Shown piece by piece: positions 51,994 through 60,872 of a DNA stretch of 64,000 bases. Positions within the stretch are counted from its first letter, which is position 1. Each line of letters starts with the position of its first letter. Location: NCBI GenBank assembly GCA_963799485.1, contig CAWCXJ010000007.1, positions 224,001 to 288,000 of the forward strand. The letters run 5' to 3'. The notes beneath the pieces are model-generated. The model was not told where the DNA came from and ran no database searches. It saw only the letters and a list, made by a program, of their open reading frames with translations. The stretch comes from an uncultured Trueperaceae bacterium. GTDB taxonomy: Bacteria; Deinococcota; Deinococci; Deinococcales; Trueperaceae. The position numbers and the translations under genes were made by a program.

Positions 51994-53093
51994 TTCGCCG
52001 GGGGCGTAACCAGCAGCTTTTCCAAAAGGTCTTGTAGCGTCTTGTCTGCCATTACCCGCGTCAAACGCTGGTGACGGTTGTTACCCGGTGCCACCCAGAC
52101 GTTGTAACCGCTTTGATCGAGAGTCAGCCGCTCATCCGTGCGGATTTCGAAGTAGCGGCCTTCCGGCCCCTCGGTTCCGCGCACCGCGTAGAGCACCGAA
52201 CACAAGTCCCAGCTGGTTCTGCCGTTCCCTTCCTCACCAAAAAACAGCGTGTAGGCGGCGCGTACCGGATTGGTTTCGGGGGTTGCTGCAGCGAGTGTTT
52301 GACCGTTTTTGATAGCCTGGCAAACAGGGCCGGTATTAAAAACGATTTTGGTCGGCCAGGTATCGATGACCTTGATGGCGTATGACGAGTCCATCTCGCG
52401 TCCGCCGGTCAGATAGAGGTCTTTGCTACTGCTGGGGTAGTGTCCACCCATAATGACGAGTTCTTTGACCTTCCGCGTGACCAGCGCTGCACCGTCAAGG
52501 GGACTGTACGCGTCCGGCGGTGAGTCCAAAAGACCTGCCAGATTTTGCAAAAACCCGACCGAGGCGATAGTTACGCTCTTGTCAGGTTGAGCCGCGAGCA
52601 GTTTGCGGTAGGTCTCCACCGCGCCAGGAATCTCCGCCGAGTCGGTCGGAGTGTCGTGGGGAAAACGTGCTGCCAACGTCTTGATATAACGCGGTGAGGG
52701 GTCGCGCCAGTACGGGTATGCTTCGGCGTAGTAAGGTAAAGTCGTCAGACCTATAGGGATGTCGGGGCGTCCGTAGTAAGTGTTGATCACGTCGATAGCC
52801 GCGGGCGCGTAGCGGTCACTCACGTTCGATACGACGCCCAAGAGCACTACTTCGTTTTGGTTGGCGAGCGTGTGCATAATCCCCAGAGCGCCGACATCAT
52901 CGACGTCGAGGCCGAAATCGGTATCGTAGATGATACGCACATCCGGCCCTTCAGGGCTTTTCGGGTTAGACGCGGTTGGGGGCGCTTCAGCTGGTGGCGC
53001 AGTCGGCGGCGTTACCTCGAGCGGCGTGTTTGAACTGCAGGCGGCGAGACCCAGCGTGATAAGTAAGACTATTTTCTTGGTAAGTTGACGCAT
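51990..53093 (-). CDS. Nucleoside hydrolase family lipoprotein
   Basis: Lipobox LAAC, DTDFGLDVDDVGAL, VIMGG, SWD. Confidence 0.85.
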   Translation of the reverse strand: MRQLTKKIVLLITLGLAACSSNTPLEVTPPTAPPAEAPPTASNPKSPEGPDVRIIYDTDFGLDVDDVGALGIMHTLANQNEVVLLGVVSNVSDRYAPAAIDVINTYYGRPDIPIGLTTLPYYAEAYPYWRDPSPRYIKTLAARFPHDTPTDSAEIPGAVETYRKLLAAQPDKSVTIASVGFLQNLAGLLDSPPDAYSPLDGAALVTRKVKELVIMGGHYPSSSKDLYLTGGREMDSSYAIKVIDTWPTKIVFNTGPVCQAIKNGQTLAAATPETNPVRAAYTLFFGEEGNGRTSWDLCSVLYAVRGTEGPEGRYFEIRTDERLTLDQSGYNVWVAPGNNRHQRLTRVMADKTLQDLLEKLLVTPPAN

Positions 53094-53237
53094 ACGCTCC
53101 TTTCAAAGATGCTTACAAAGGCTTTTTCAGCGGGCGACCGGTAAACCTGCGCCGTTTACGGTAAAGACATAGCTATATTGAACCAGAAACGCTGTACCTG
53201 CCTAGTCCGGTACACAACTGTCCGGTAAACGACCTCG

Positions 53238-54431
53238 TTAGTACGTGACCTCGAGCCCCACCGGATAACGAAAGACATTTTTGGGGTGGTACCTCGGCGT
53301 CTTTGCCAGCTGCAACTCGGGCAGGTGCGTTAGCAGCGCTTTGAGGGCGTGACGCAGCTCGAGCCGCGCCAAAGGTGCGCCGATGCAGTAGTGCAGCCCC
53401 AAGCCGAACGACAGATGCGGATTCGGGTGCCGCGCCGGGTCGAAGGTGTCGGGGTCGGTAAACACCCGTTCGTCACGGTTGGCTGAGGCGTAGTAAAGGC
53501 AGAGTCTGGTGCCTTTAGGCCAAAAAAAGCTGCTGTACTCCAAGTCTTCCCGGACGACGCGCTCGAAAAATTGCAGCGGCGTGTCGAACCTGAGCATCTC
53601 TTCGACGGCGGTTTCCAGACGTTCCGGGTGCGTTTTAAGTATTTCCCAAAGTTCAGGTCTGGAAAGCAGCGCAATCAGCCCGTTGCCGACGACGTTGACG
53701 ACCGCTTCGTGTCCGGCGTCCAAGAAAAGAATCGCGTTGGCGACGATTTCGGCTTGGCTGAGGCGGGCGGGGTCGGCGTCGTGCAACCTCACCATCCGGC
53801 TGATGAGGTCGTCTTGCGGCGCAGTACGTTTTTCTGTGATGAGGTCGCGGACGTAAGCAGCAAAATCACGGGCAGCCAGGGCGGCTGCTGTTTCAGCTGC
53901 CGGGGTGCGTTCGGGTTCGAACATCCCGATAATCGCCTTCGACCACGGGACGAGGTGATGGCGGTCTCGTTCAGGAACACCGAGCAGTTCGGCAATCACC
54001 GTCACCGGAATCGGTTCGGCAAAATCGCGGAGGAGTTCGGCGCGGCCTTCCGGTCTTGCGGCAAGCTCAGCCGCGAGGCGGTTACAGAGCACCGCAATTT
54101 TGTCTTCAAGCGCACGCACGTGTTTGGGGGTAAAGACGTCTTGCACCGCTGTCTTGATACGGGTGTGGTCGGGGGGCTCGAGTTCTAGGAGCGAACCGTC
54201 CTGAATAGCGTCGAAGGGGGCGTGAGTGGGCTCGATACGAACCTTGACATTCTCTAGAACTCGTCCGAGCCGCCGGTCACGCAAAAGCGCGCCGATATCT
54301 TCATGACGCGTTAAAATCCACTTGCGCCACGGTTCATAAAAAAAGATAGGTGCGTCGTCTCTGAGCCGCGCATAAACCGGGTAAGGATTTCTCAAAAATG
54401 CCGGGTCGGTCGGAGTAAAATGCTCGCTCAT
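53238..54431 (-). CDS. Cytochrome P450
   Basis: EPPDHTR, AGHE, EEMLR, FGLGLHYCIG heme motif. Confidence 0.95.
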   Translation of the reverse strand: MSEHFTPTDPAFLRNPYPVYARLRDDAPIFFYEPWRKWILTRHEDIGALLRDRRLGRVLENVKVRIEPTHAPFDAIQDGSLLELEPPDHTRIKTAVQDVFTPKHVRALEDKIAVLCNRLAAELAARPEGRAELLRDFAEPIPVTVIAELLGVPERDRHHLVPWSKAIIGMFEPERTPAAETAAALAARDFAAYVRDLITEKRTAPQDDLISRMVRLHDADPARLSQAEIVANAILFLDAGHEAVVNVVGNGLIALLSRPELWEILKTHPERLETAVEEMLRFDTPLQFFERVVREDLEYSSFFWPKGTRLCLYYASANRDERVFTDPDTFDPARHPNPHLSFGLGLHYCIGAPLARLELRHALKALLTHLPELQLAKTPRYHPKNVFRYPVGLEVTY

Positions 54432-54461
54432 CCCTTTACTTTACAGCTCGAGCCGCGCACC

Positions 54462-55736
54462 TCAGCGCACCGAACCATCAAAACGGAGCGGGCTGAAAAA
54501 GGGTGCAACGAACGCCGCGAGTAAAGGCGGCAGGGCCGAAATCAGCAAAATAGGCGCGTAGCTGCCGAACCAACCGTTCCCGAGCGCAAAAATAAGCGGG
54601 CCGAAGGCGGTTCCGGCAACCGTCAAGGTCGCCGTAAAGCCTTTGATCGAACCGATGTGTGCGCGTCCGAAATAGTGGGCGTAAGCGCTGCCGCTGATCG
54701 CGCCGCGCATCCCCTGTGCGACACCGAAAATCGCGCCGTAAACCAGAACGAGTGCGGGCGTCGTTACAAAAGCGGCAAACACGAGCGAGGCGCATAGCAG
54801 CGCGAGCGACGCCGCAAGCAGAAAGCGCGGCGGCACCCTGTCCATCAAGACGCCGGTCAGCAGGTTGCTGCCTGCTGCGATAAACCCGAAGGGAACGAAC
54901 ACCGCCGACGCTGCCAAACGGTCGATACCAGCGCCCGCCATGATGTCGTAGTGGTGAAAAATCAGGCCGGTACCGAGCGCCGCGCCGAAAAAGTCGCCGC
55001 TTACAAACAGCCAGAACGTCACCGTGCGGCGGGTCTGGGCGAGCGTGTAGTGTTTTTCCGGCGGCGTTTCCTCGCCCGGTTGCACCCGGCTGTCGGGGCG
55101 AAGACCGTAGAGTTCGGGTGTGCCCCGGTAGAGCCACGCCCCGAGCGGCAAAATCGTCGTCATGACGCCTACGCCCAGCAAGATATACGCGGTGCGCCAG
55201 CCAAACGCGCCGATCAGCGCTTCGATAGTAAAAGGGAAAAGCGCGGTCGCGACCGCCATGCCGAGCCCCGAGAGCCCGACTGCAAGCCCGCGCCGCCGGA
55301 CGAACCAGAGATTGATGACGTGCAAGCTGACCAGACCGAGCGCCCCCTGCCCGAGCCCCCGAATCAGGATAAAGCCCACCAGCAGCGTAATCGGGCCACC
55401 CACAAAGCCCATCCAGACGCACGCCAGCGCGAATAGTCCGGAGATGATAACGACTGCAAGACGCGGCCCGCGCGCGTCGATAAAGCGCCCGATAAAAGGT
55501 AGTGAAAACGAACCCAAAAGCGTTCCGACGGTGTACATAAGCGACACCGACGCCCTCGAGAGCCCCAAATCCTGAATAATCCGGTCGAGAAATACCGACA
55601 CCCCAAGGGTTTGTCCCGGCGTCGTCATAAACATTCCGAAGGTGCCGACAAGCAAGATGACCCAGCCGTAGTAGATGGGCGAACCTGAAACGACGCGGCT
55701 GTGTTTTACGGGGGCGGCGGAGGGCGGTGTGTTCAT
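54462..55736 (-). CDS. MFS transporter
   Basis: YYGW, PGQT, GRFIDARGPR, WFVRRRG, YFGRAHIGSI. Confidence 0.9.
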   Translation of the reverse strand: MNTPPSAAPVKHSRVVSGSPIYYGWVILLVGTFGMFMTTPGQTLGVSVFLDRIIQDLGLSRASVSLMYTVGTLLGSFSLPFIGRFIDARGPRLAVVIISGLFALACVWMGFVGGPITLLVGFILIRGLGQGALGLVSLHVINLWFVRRRGLAVGLSGLGMAVATALFPFTIEALIGAFGWRTAYILLGVGVMTTILPLGAWLYRGTPELYGLRPDSRVQPGEETPPEKHYTLAQTRRTVTFWLFVSGDFFGAALGTGLIFHHYDIMAGAGIDRLAASAVFVPFGFIAAGSNLLTGVLMDRVPPRFLLAASLALLCASLVFAAFVTTPALVLVYGAIFGVAQGMRGAISGSAYAHYFGRAHIGSIKGFTATLTVAGTAFGPLIFALGNGWFGSYAPILLISALPPLLAAFVAPFFSPLRFDGSVR

Positions 55737-56052
55737 AAAACCTCGGTGTTTTGGGGATGTTTTGCGTACTAATCGTCTGGCAGACGTTATCTACAGACCG
55801 GAGTGTGTACCTGAAACAGACCGGAACACAGCACGACCACGATGATAACGGCAAGTTTGCCCGGCGCATGTATGAGACTTTAGGACTCGTGTATATAGTT
55901 CTGACAGGGTGTAAAAGCTGTTTGCCCTCAGGTCGGTTGTCGCAGTTCAAAAAAGGATGCTGAAGCGGATATTAAAGCAAAAGTCCATGCCGAGGTAACG
56001 TAATGTTAAACTACAAAGGAAGACAATGGGTTTTTGGTGTTTAAACTACTTG

Positions 56053-56120
56053 ACGGGTTGCCGTAAGCGATGTAATCTCTGTTTACGGGGCCCGAGTTTA
56101 GCTCGGGTCTTCGCCATTTC
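56053..56120 (+). ncRNA. Candidate small structured RNA, antisense/convergent to the DUF3800 gene
   Basis: Adjacent hairpins CCGTAAGC/GTTTACGG and GGCCCGAGT-TTA-GCTCGGGTC with G-U pairs on + strand; upstream TAAACT -10 boxes at ~56007 (extended TG) and ~56042. Confidence 0.55.
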
Positions 56121-56200
56121 TCACAGTCAAGCGAGTTTCATTCTTCAAAATCGAATATCCTTTGTTCTTGGGTATAACCGTCTTTGCTTGTTCGTAGAAT

Positions 56201-57199
56201 TCAGCAACTGTGAGCATGTGTGTTAGTAAAGTCGGGGTCTATTTCTTCAACTGCTGCACGGGCGACCGCATAATGTATCGAAACTCCTAAACCGGCAGTC
56301 TGTTGCAAGCGCCTGTTGGTAATATGTTCATAGTTGGCTTTGACAAATTGTGGCCCCTTTGTACTGAGATTACAGACCTCAAAAAGTATGGCGTCAGGCT
56401 TTATAAAATTATGCTGAATCATCGCTTTACGAAATGAAGTGAACCCAATCAAGTCGGCAGCTTGCGCTAGATTTACGTTGTCTGAATCTGCCGTAACTTC
56501 TATTCCCACAATATGTTTTAACTCAAACACTTTGTTGATTGCTTCCAATATCTCACCTGCATCCAACCCGCTGGCATCTGCGAAGGGGTCTACTTGTAGA
56601 AGTACTTGCTTGTTTCTCAACTGGCGCATAATCTCGTCAATCTGAATGATTTTCCTTGTAAGTAAAGGTAACAATGGACTTGCCATCTTTTTTAGATAAC
56701 GTTGAGCAAAAGACCGTTTTGCAGAACGCTTTCCGTGTTTCGCTAAAAAATCAAGTTCAGCAACCAACTGAGGCTCTGAAAAATACCTCAGAACGCCTTC
56801 ACCTAGATTTTCTCGAAGCTCGTAGGTTGTACTCCAGTGTAAAACTTGGGGCTGGTTTTGAAAATGGGTGATTATTTTTGCGCCTTCAGTTATCCATTCC
56901 TTTATTTTCTCAAAATCGCAGTCAGCATATGGATTTAGTTTTCCTCTATATTTTTGGGGTTTGTTTTTTCCGTACATTAGCCTCATATGTATTGCAGGTA
57001 GCTCTTCACATTGCAGGTACTCCTGGATTTTGCTCCTCAATCCAGTCCACATTGTGTCAAATTCATCTAAGGCGTTTGTATGTAGCAACAAGGCGGTTAT
57101 GCAAGCGATAGGGTGGTCGCCTGGTACGTAGATGCCTCCCCACTTCACTAGAGGCTCTATTCCTCCAGAATCATCTATAGTTGCAACGTAATCCGGCAT
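56201..57199 (-). CDS. DUF3800 domain protein; probable true end at 56098 after a frameshift at ~56220
   Basis: ATIDDSG, PAIHM, LQVD, SDNVNLAQAADLIGF pattern; AT-rich relative to flanks. Confidence 0.75.
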   Translation of the reverse strand: MPDYVATIDDSGGIEPLVKWGGIYVPGDHPIACITALLLHTNALDEFDTMWTGLRSKIQEYLQCEELPAIHMRLMYGKNKPQKYRGKLNPYADCDFEKIKEWITEGAKIITHFQNQPQVLHWSTTYELRENLGEGVLRYFSEPQLVAELDFLAKHGKRSAKRSFAQRYLKKMASPLLPLLTRKIIQIDEIMRQLRNKQVLLQVDPFADASGLDAGEILEAINKVFELKHIVGIEVTADSDNVNLAQAADLIGFTSFRKAMIQHNFIKPDAILFEVCNLSTKGPQFVKANYEHITNRRLQQTAGLGVSIHYAVARAAVEEIDPDFTNTHAHSC

Positions 57200-57428
57200 T
57201 AAACTCCAAAATGTATAGGTGAGCTATCAGAGGTTTGAGAATGCAGGTCCTTCTTGTCTATAATCACAGTACTAGACCATTCGAAGTATACCTTGTACAA
57301 TCTTAGGAACCAAACGCTTGGACGAAAAGAAGAAGAGGTTATAAGCGGCGGCTTTGCGGCTTGTATCAATTTTGGCGACTCGAGCCAACCACCTCTCTTC
57401 CCAACGAACATGAATATAACAAAAAACA

Positions 57429-57479
57429 GTAAAAGTTTACATTTTGGTGTTGACAAAAGGGAGATTTTTTGAGTAAGCT
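57429..57479 (+). promoter_or_regulatory. Promoter with LacI-like operator for the sugar ABC operon
   Basis: GTAAAAGTTTAC palindrome; TTGACA-18-TAAGCT. Confidence 0.55.
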
Positions 57480-57639
57480 AATTGTAACAGCACATACACA
57501 TCTAAGACGGCAGTCGGCTAGGGAGTGTCCATATCGGGGCAAATCGGATGCAGAAAATGAAGGATTCGTTATCGGCTTTCCGGCAACACGTCTATTCATT
57601 ATAGTGAGAGTGTTCAAAAATTTAGGAGGAGTAACGTTT

Positions 57640-58902
57640 ATGAAAAGTTTGTTTGTGGTTTTAGCGGTCTTATTGTTCGGGACAGGTGCACTAGCTCAGA
57701 ACTTGACCATCCTGGCCGACGATAACGAATTGACAGTAACTCAGATTAACGCGCTTACGGAGTCTTACACGGCCCAAAACCCGGAGGTGAGCTTTGACCT
57801 CGAGCTCCGGCCCGGCGGTACTGAAGGCGACAACATCGTCAAGACGCGCCTGGCAACCGGCGATATGGCCGACATTTTTCAATACAACTCCGGTTCGCTG
57901 TTTCAGGCGCTCAACCCTTCACGAACCCTCACAGACCTGTCCGGTCAACCCTTTTTGGACAACATCGTCGAGTCGTTTATCCCGGTCGTGTCCCAGGGGG
58001 ACGCGGTTTACGGCGTGCCGTTCGGTACTGGCATGGGCGGCGGCATTCTCTATAACAAAGCGGTTTACGAACAACTCGGGTTGGAGATCCCCATGACCTG
58101 GGAAGAGTTCGTCGCCAACAACGCAGCGGTTGCCGAAGCCGGTCTTATCCCTGTGGTCGGCTCATTCGCCGACAGCTGGACTGCACAGTTGTTTGTTCTG
58201 GCAGACAACTACAACGTCGCGCAAAAAGTGCCGAATTTCGCCGAGCAGTACACCGCGAACGAGATCGATCTCGCAACCAACGAAGCGGCGCTTGCGGGTT
58301 ACGAACACCTCCAACAGGGTTATGAACTCAGCTGGTGGCAAGACGACGCCGCCACGACGACCTACAACGACGCGCTCGAGATACTGGCAACCGGCAAAGC
58401 GGCGCACTACCCGATGCTGACCTTTGCGCTGCCGCAGATTGCCGCAAACTTCCCGGACAACATAGGCGACATCGGCTTTTTCGCCCAACCGAGCGACACC
58501 CCGGACATCAACGGTGTGACCTTCTGGATGCCGGCTGCGGCGTATATTCCGCAAACGACCGAAGGTGAAAAGCTCGACGTGGCCCTTGACTTTTTGGGCT
58601 TTATCGCGTCGGTGCAAGGCACGCAAATCCTGACAGAATCCGCTGCCCCCAACGGCCCCTACCTGATTAAAGATGCAACCCTGCCCGACGACGTGTTGCC
58701 TGCTGTGAGCGACTTGGCTGCTTACATCGATTCCGGCAACTCCTACCCGGCCTTAGAGTTCCTCTCGCCGGTCAAAGGCCCGAACTTAGAGCAGATCGCC
58801 GTAGCGATAGCCACCGGTCAGATGGACGCGGTGCAAGGCGCTGAAAACTACATGGTCGATATCGAGCGGCAGGCGCAGCAGCTCGGCTTACCCGGCTGGT
58901 AG
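57640..58902 (+). CDS. Carbohydrate ABC substrate-binding protein
   Basis: RBS AGGAGGAG, signal peptide, VKTRLATGDM.D, YGVP, YNKAVY. Confidence 0.9.
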   Translation: MKSLFVVLAVLLFGTGALAQNLTILADDNELTVTQINALTESYTAQNPEVSFDLELRPGGTEGDNIVKTRLATGDMADIFQYNSGSLFQALNPSRTLTDLSGQPFLDNIVESFIPVVSQGDAVYGVPFGTGMGGGILYNKAVYEQLGLEIPMTWEEFVANNAAVAEAGLIPVVGSFADSWTAQLFVLADNYNVAQKVPNFAEQYTANEIDLATNEAALAGYEHLQQGYELSWWQDDAATTTYNDALEILATGKAAHYPMLTFALPQIAANFPDNIGDIGFFAQPSDTPDINGVTFWMPAAAYIPQTTEGEKLDVALDFLGFIASVQGTQILTESAAPNGPYLIKDATLPDDVLPAVSDLAAYIDSGNSYPALEFLSPVKGPNLEQIAVAIATGQMDAVQGAENYMVDIERQAQQLGLPGW

Positions 58903-58978
58903 AAAGTCGCACTTTCGTTCTGGGGGCTGGCCCGGTGTCGGCCCCTAATCACGCCCGGTTCTGCTAAAGAGAGGTGTT

Positions 58979-59887
58979 ATGACGAGTGAAAAGGTGATTC
59001 GAGCGCCCACCAAAGTAGCGACGACGCCCCCGATGGTTAAACGTATCTATTCATACTGGTTTTACGTGCCGTCCGCCGTGGTCTTCGGCATTTTCTTTTT
59101 AGTCCCGACGGCGCTGGCGTTTTACTTCAGCCTGACGCGCTGGACGATTTTTGATGCGACCTTTATCGGGCTGGAAAATTACCGCTATTTTTTCCGCGAC
59201 CCCCAACTCATGCTGGCGCTCAAAAATACCCTTATCTTCGCCTTTATGACGAGCGGCCTCAAAGTCGTGCTCGGTTTGCCCATCGCGCTCCTGCTCACCT
59301 CGGGCCTCAGAACTCAGGAGTTTTTACGCAGCGTCGTTTTCTTTCCGGTGCTGGTCAGCGCCGTGGCGGTGGGGATTACCTTCTCGAGCCTGATGCAACC
59401 CGCCGACGGCATCATCAACGTGGCGCTTACGACTTTAGGTCTGGGTAAACCCAACTGGCTGGGCAGCCCCCAGCTGGCGATTTACTCGGTGGGTCTGATT
59501 GATGTCTGGCGCGGCGTCGGGATTGCCACGCTCATCTTTATCGCGGGGATTACCTCGGTGCCTACCGAATACTTTGACGCCGCCGCGCTCGAGGGCGGAG
59601 CCTGGGTTAAGTTTCGTCACGTCATCCTGCCCCTGTCGCGTAACGCGACGTTTACGGTTATCTTGCTCTCGTTTATCGGCGGCCTCAGAACTTTCGACAT
59701 CATCTGGACGACCACCGGCGGTGGGCCGGGTTTCGCCTCGGACGTGTTGACCTCGGTGATTTTCAAGCAGTATCAGGCCGGGTTTTACGGTTTGTCGGCG
59801 GCGGGGAACGTCGTGCTGTTTATCGTGATTATGGTTCTGGTCTATCCTATCAACCGTTTTTTGAACAGCCGGAAGCTAGACGCATGA
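58979..59887 (+). CDS. Carbohydrate ABC permease
   Basis: FIGLENY, EYFDAAALEG, FRHVILP. Confidence 0.92.
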   Translation: MTSEKVIRAPTKVATTPPMVKRIYSYWFYVPSAVVFGIFFLVPTALAFYFSLTRWTIFDATFIGLENYRYFFRDPQLMLALKNTLIFAFMTSGLKVVLGLPIALLLTSGLRTQEFLRSVVFFPVLVSAVAVGITFSSLMQPADGIINVALTTLGLGKPNWLGSPQLAIYSVGLIDVWRGVGIATLIFIAGITSVPTEYFDAAALEGGAWVKFRHVILPLSRNATFTVILLSFIGGLRTFDIIWTTTGGGPGFASDVLTSVIFKQYQAGFYGLSAAGNVVLFIVIMVLVYPINRFLNSRKLDA

Positions 59888-60714
59888 ACCGGAAGCTGTC
59901 GCGCGGCCTCCTCGACCTCGTTTCGCTGCTCGTTTTTTTCGTCGTGTTTATCGTGCCGTTTATCTTTATCCTCCTGACCGCCGCGAAAACAGCGCCCGAA
60001 GCCGCGCGGTTCTCGTTCACCCTGCCTACCGATTTTCAGCTGTTTCAAAATTTGCGTGAGGTCATAGAGTTCCGCGACTACCGGATGCTGCTCGCGTTGT
60101 GGAACAGCACGCTCCTGACGGTCTGCTCGGTCGTTCTCATCGTCATCCTGGGCTCGAGCCTGGCGTTCGTGATGGAAAGGCGCAAAAACCGCGTCTCCGG
60201 CGTTGCCGACCTGCTCCTCTTGTCGGGGCTGATTATCCCGGCGGCGGTCGTTCCCACCATCTTCGTTTTAGAACAGATCGGCTTGTACCGGACGCTCCTC
60301 GGTTTGATTTTTGTCGAGGTGGCGCTGAACCTGCCCTTTGCGACGCTCCTTATGCGCTCGTTTATGGCGACGATTCCGCGCGAGCTTGACGAGGCCGCCA
60401 TCATCGACGGGGCGTCGCCCTGGCAGCTCTTTTTGAGGGTGATCTTGCCGCTCCTGCGCTCAGCCATCGTTTCGGTCGTGGTCGTCTCTTCGGTATTTAT
60501 CTACAACGACTTTACGCTGCCGCTCTACTTTTTGCCGGGTTCGGAAAACGTCACCGCGCAGCTCACCCTGTTCAGCTTTATGAGCCAGTTCACCTCGAGC
60601 TGGAACCTCCTATTCGCCGACGTGGTGATTATTACGATTCCGCCCCTCATCATGTACATCTTCTTCCAGCGGCAAATCGTTGCGGGCATGACCTCGGGAG
60701 GCGTCAAAGGGTGA
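59884..60714 (+). CDS. Carbohydrate ABC permease
   Basis: IPRELDEAAIIDGA, FQRQIVAG. Confidence 0.92.
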   Translation: MNRKLSRGLLDLVSLLVFFVVFIVPFIFILLTAAKTAPEAARFSFTLPTDFQLFQNLREVIEFRDYRMLLALWNSTLLTVCSVVLIVILGSSLAFVMERRKNRVSGVADLLLLSGLIIPAAVVPTIFVLEQIGLYRTLLGLIFVEVALNLPFATLLMRSFMATIPRELDEAAIIDGASPWQLFLRVILPLLRSAIVSVVVVSSVFIYNDFTLPLYFLPGSENVTAQLTLFSFMSQFTSSWNLLFADVVIITIPPLIMYIFFQRQIVAGMTSGGVKG

Positions 60715-60872
60715 GGATGTAGCAAGTTAGCTTAGAGCCGACGAGTTCGCTCCGGAGCGTTGTACGCGAAAGATGAGATTGACAGTTAGAAGGTTTACAA
60801 GCATCCTGAGTTGTAAAAATGCGCTGAACAGTGAGCGCACACCCGTGACCTATACCGTAAAGAAGGTTCCCT

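Noticed and set aside
54478..55950. 490-aa ORF overlapping the MFS gene
   Set aside because: Alternative frame of a clear MFS gene; Arg-rich composition typical of GC-rich shadow ORFs.
55741..55963. Short ORF or possible transposase remnant beside the insert
   Set aside because: No convincing motif in any frame.
57329..57400. tRNA gene or tRNA integration site at the edge of the AT-rich insert
   Set aside because: No T-loop GTTCRA, anticodon arm or CCA end recognisable.
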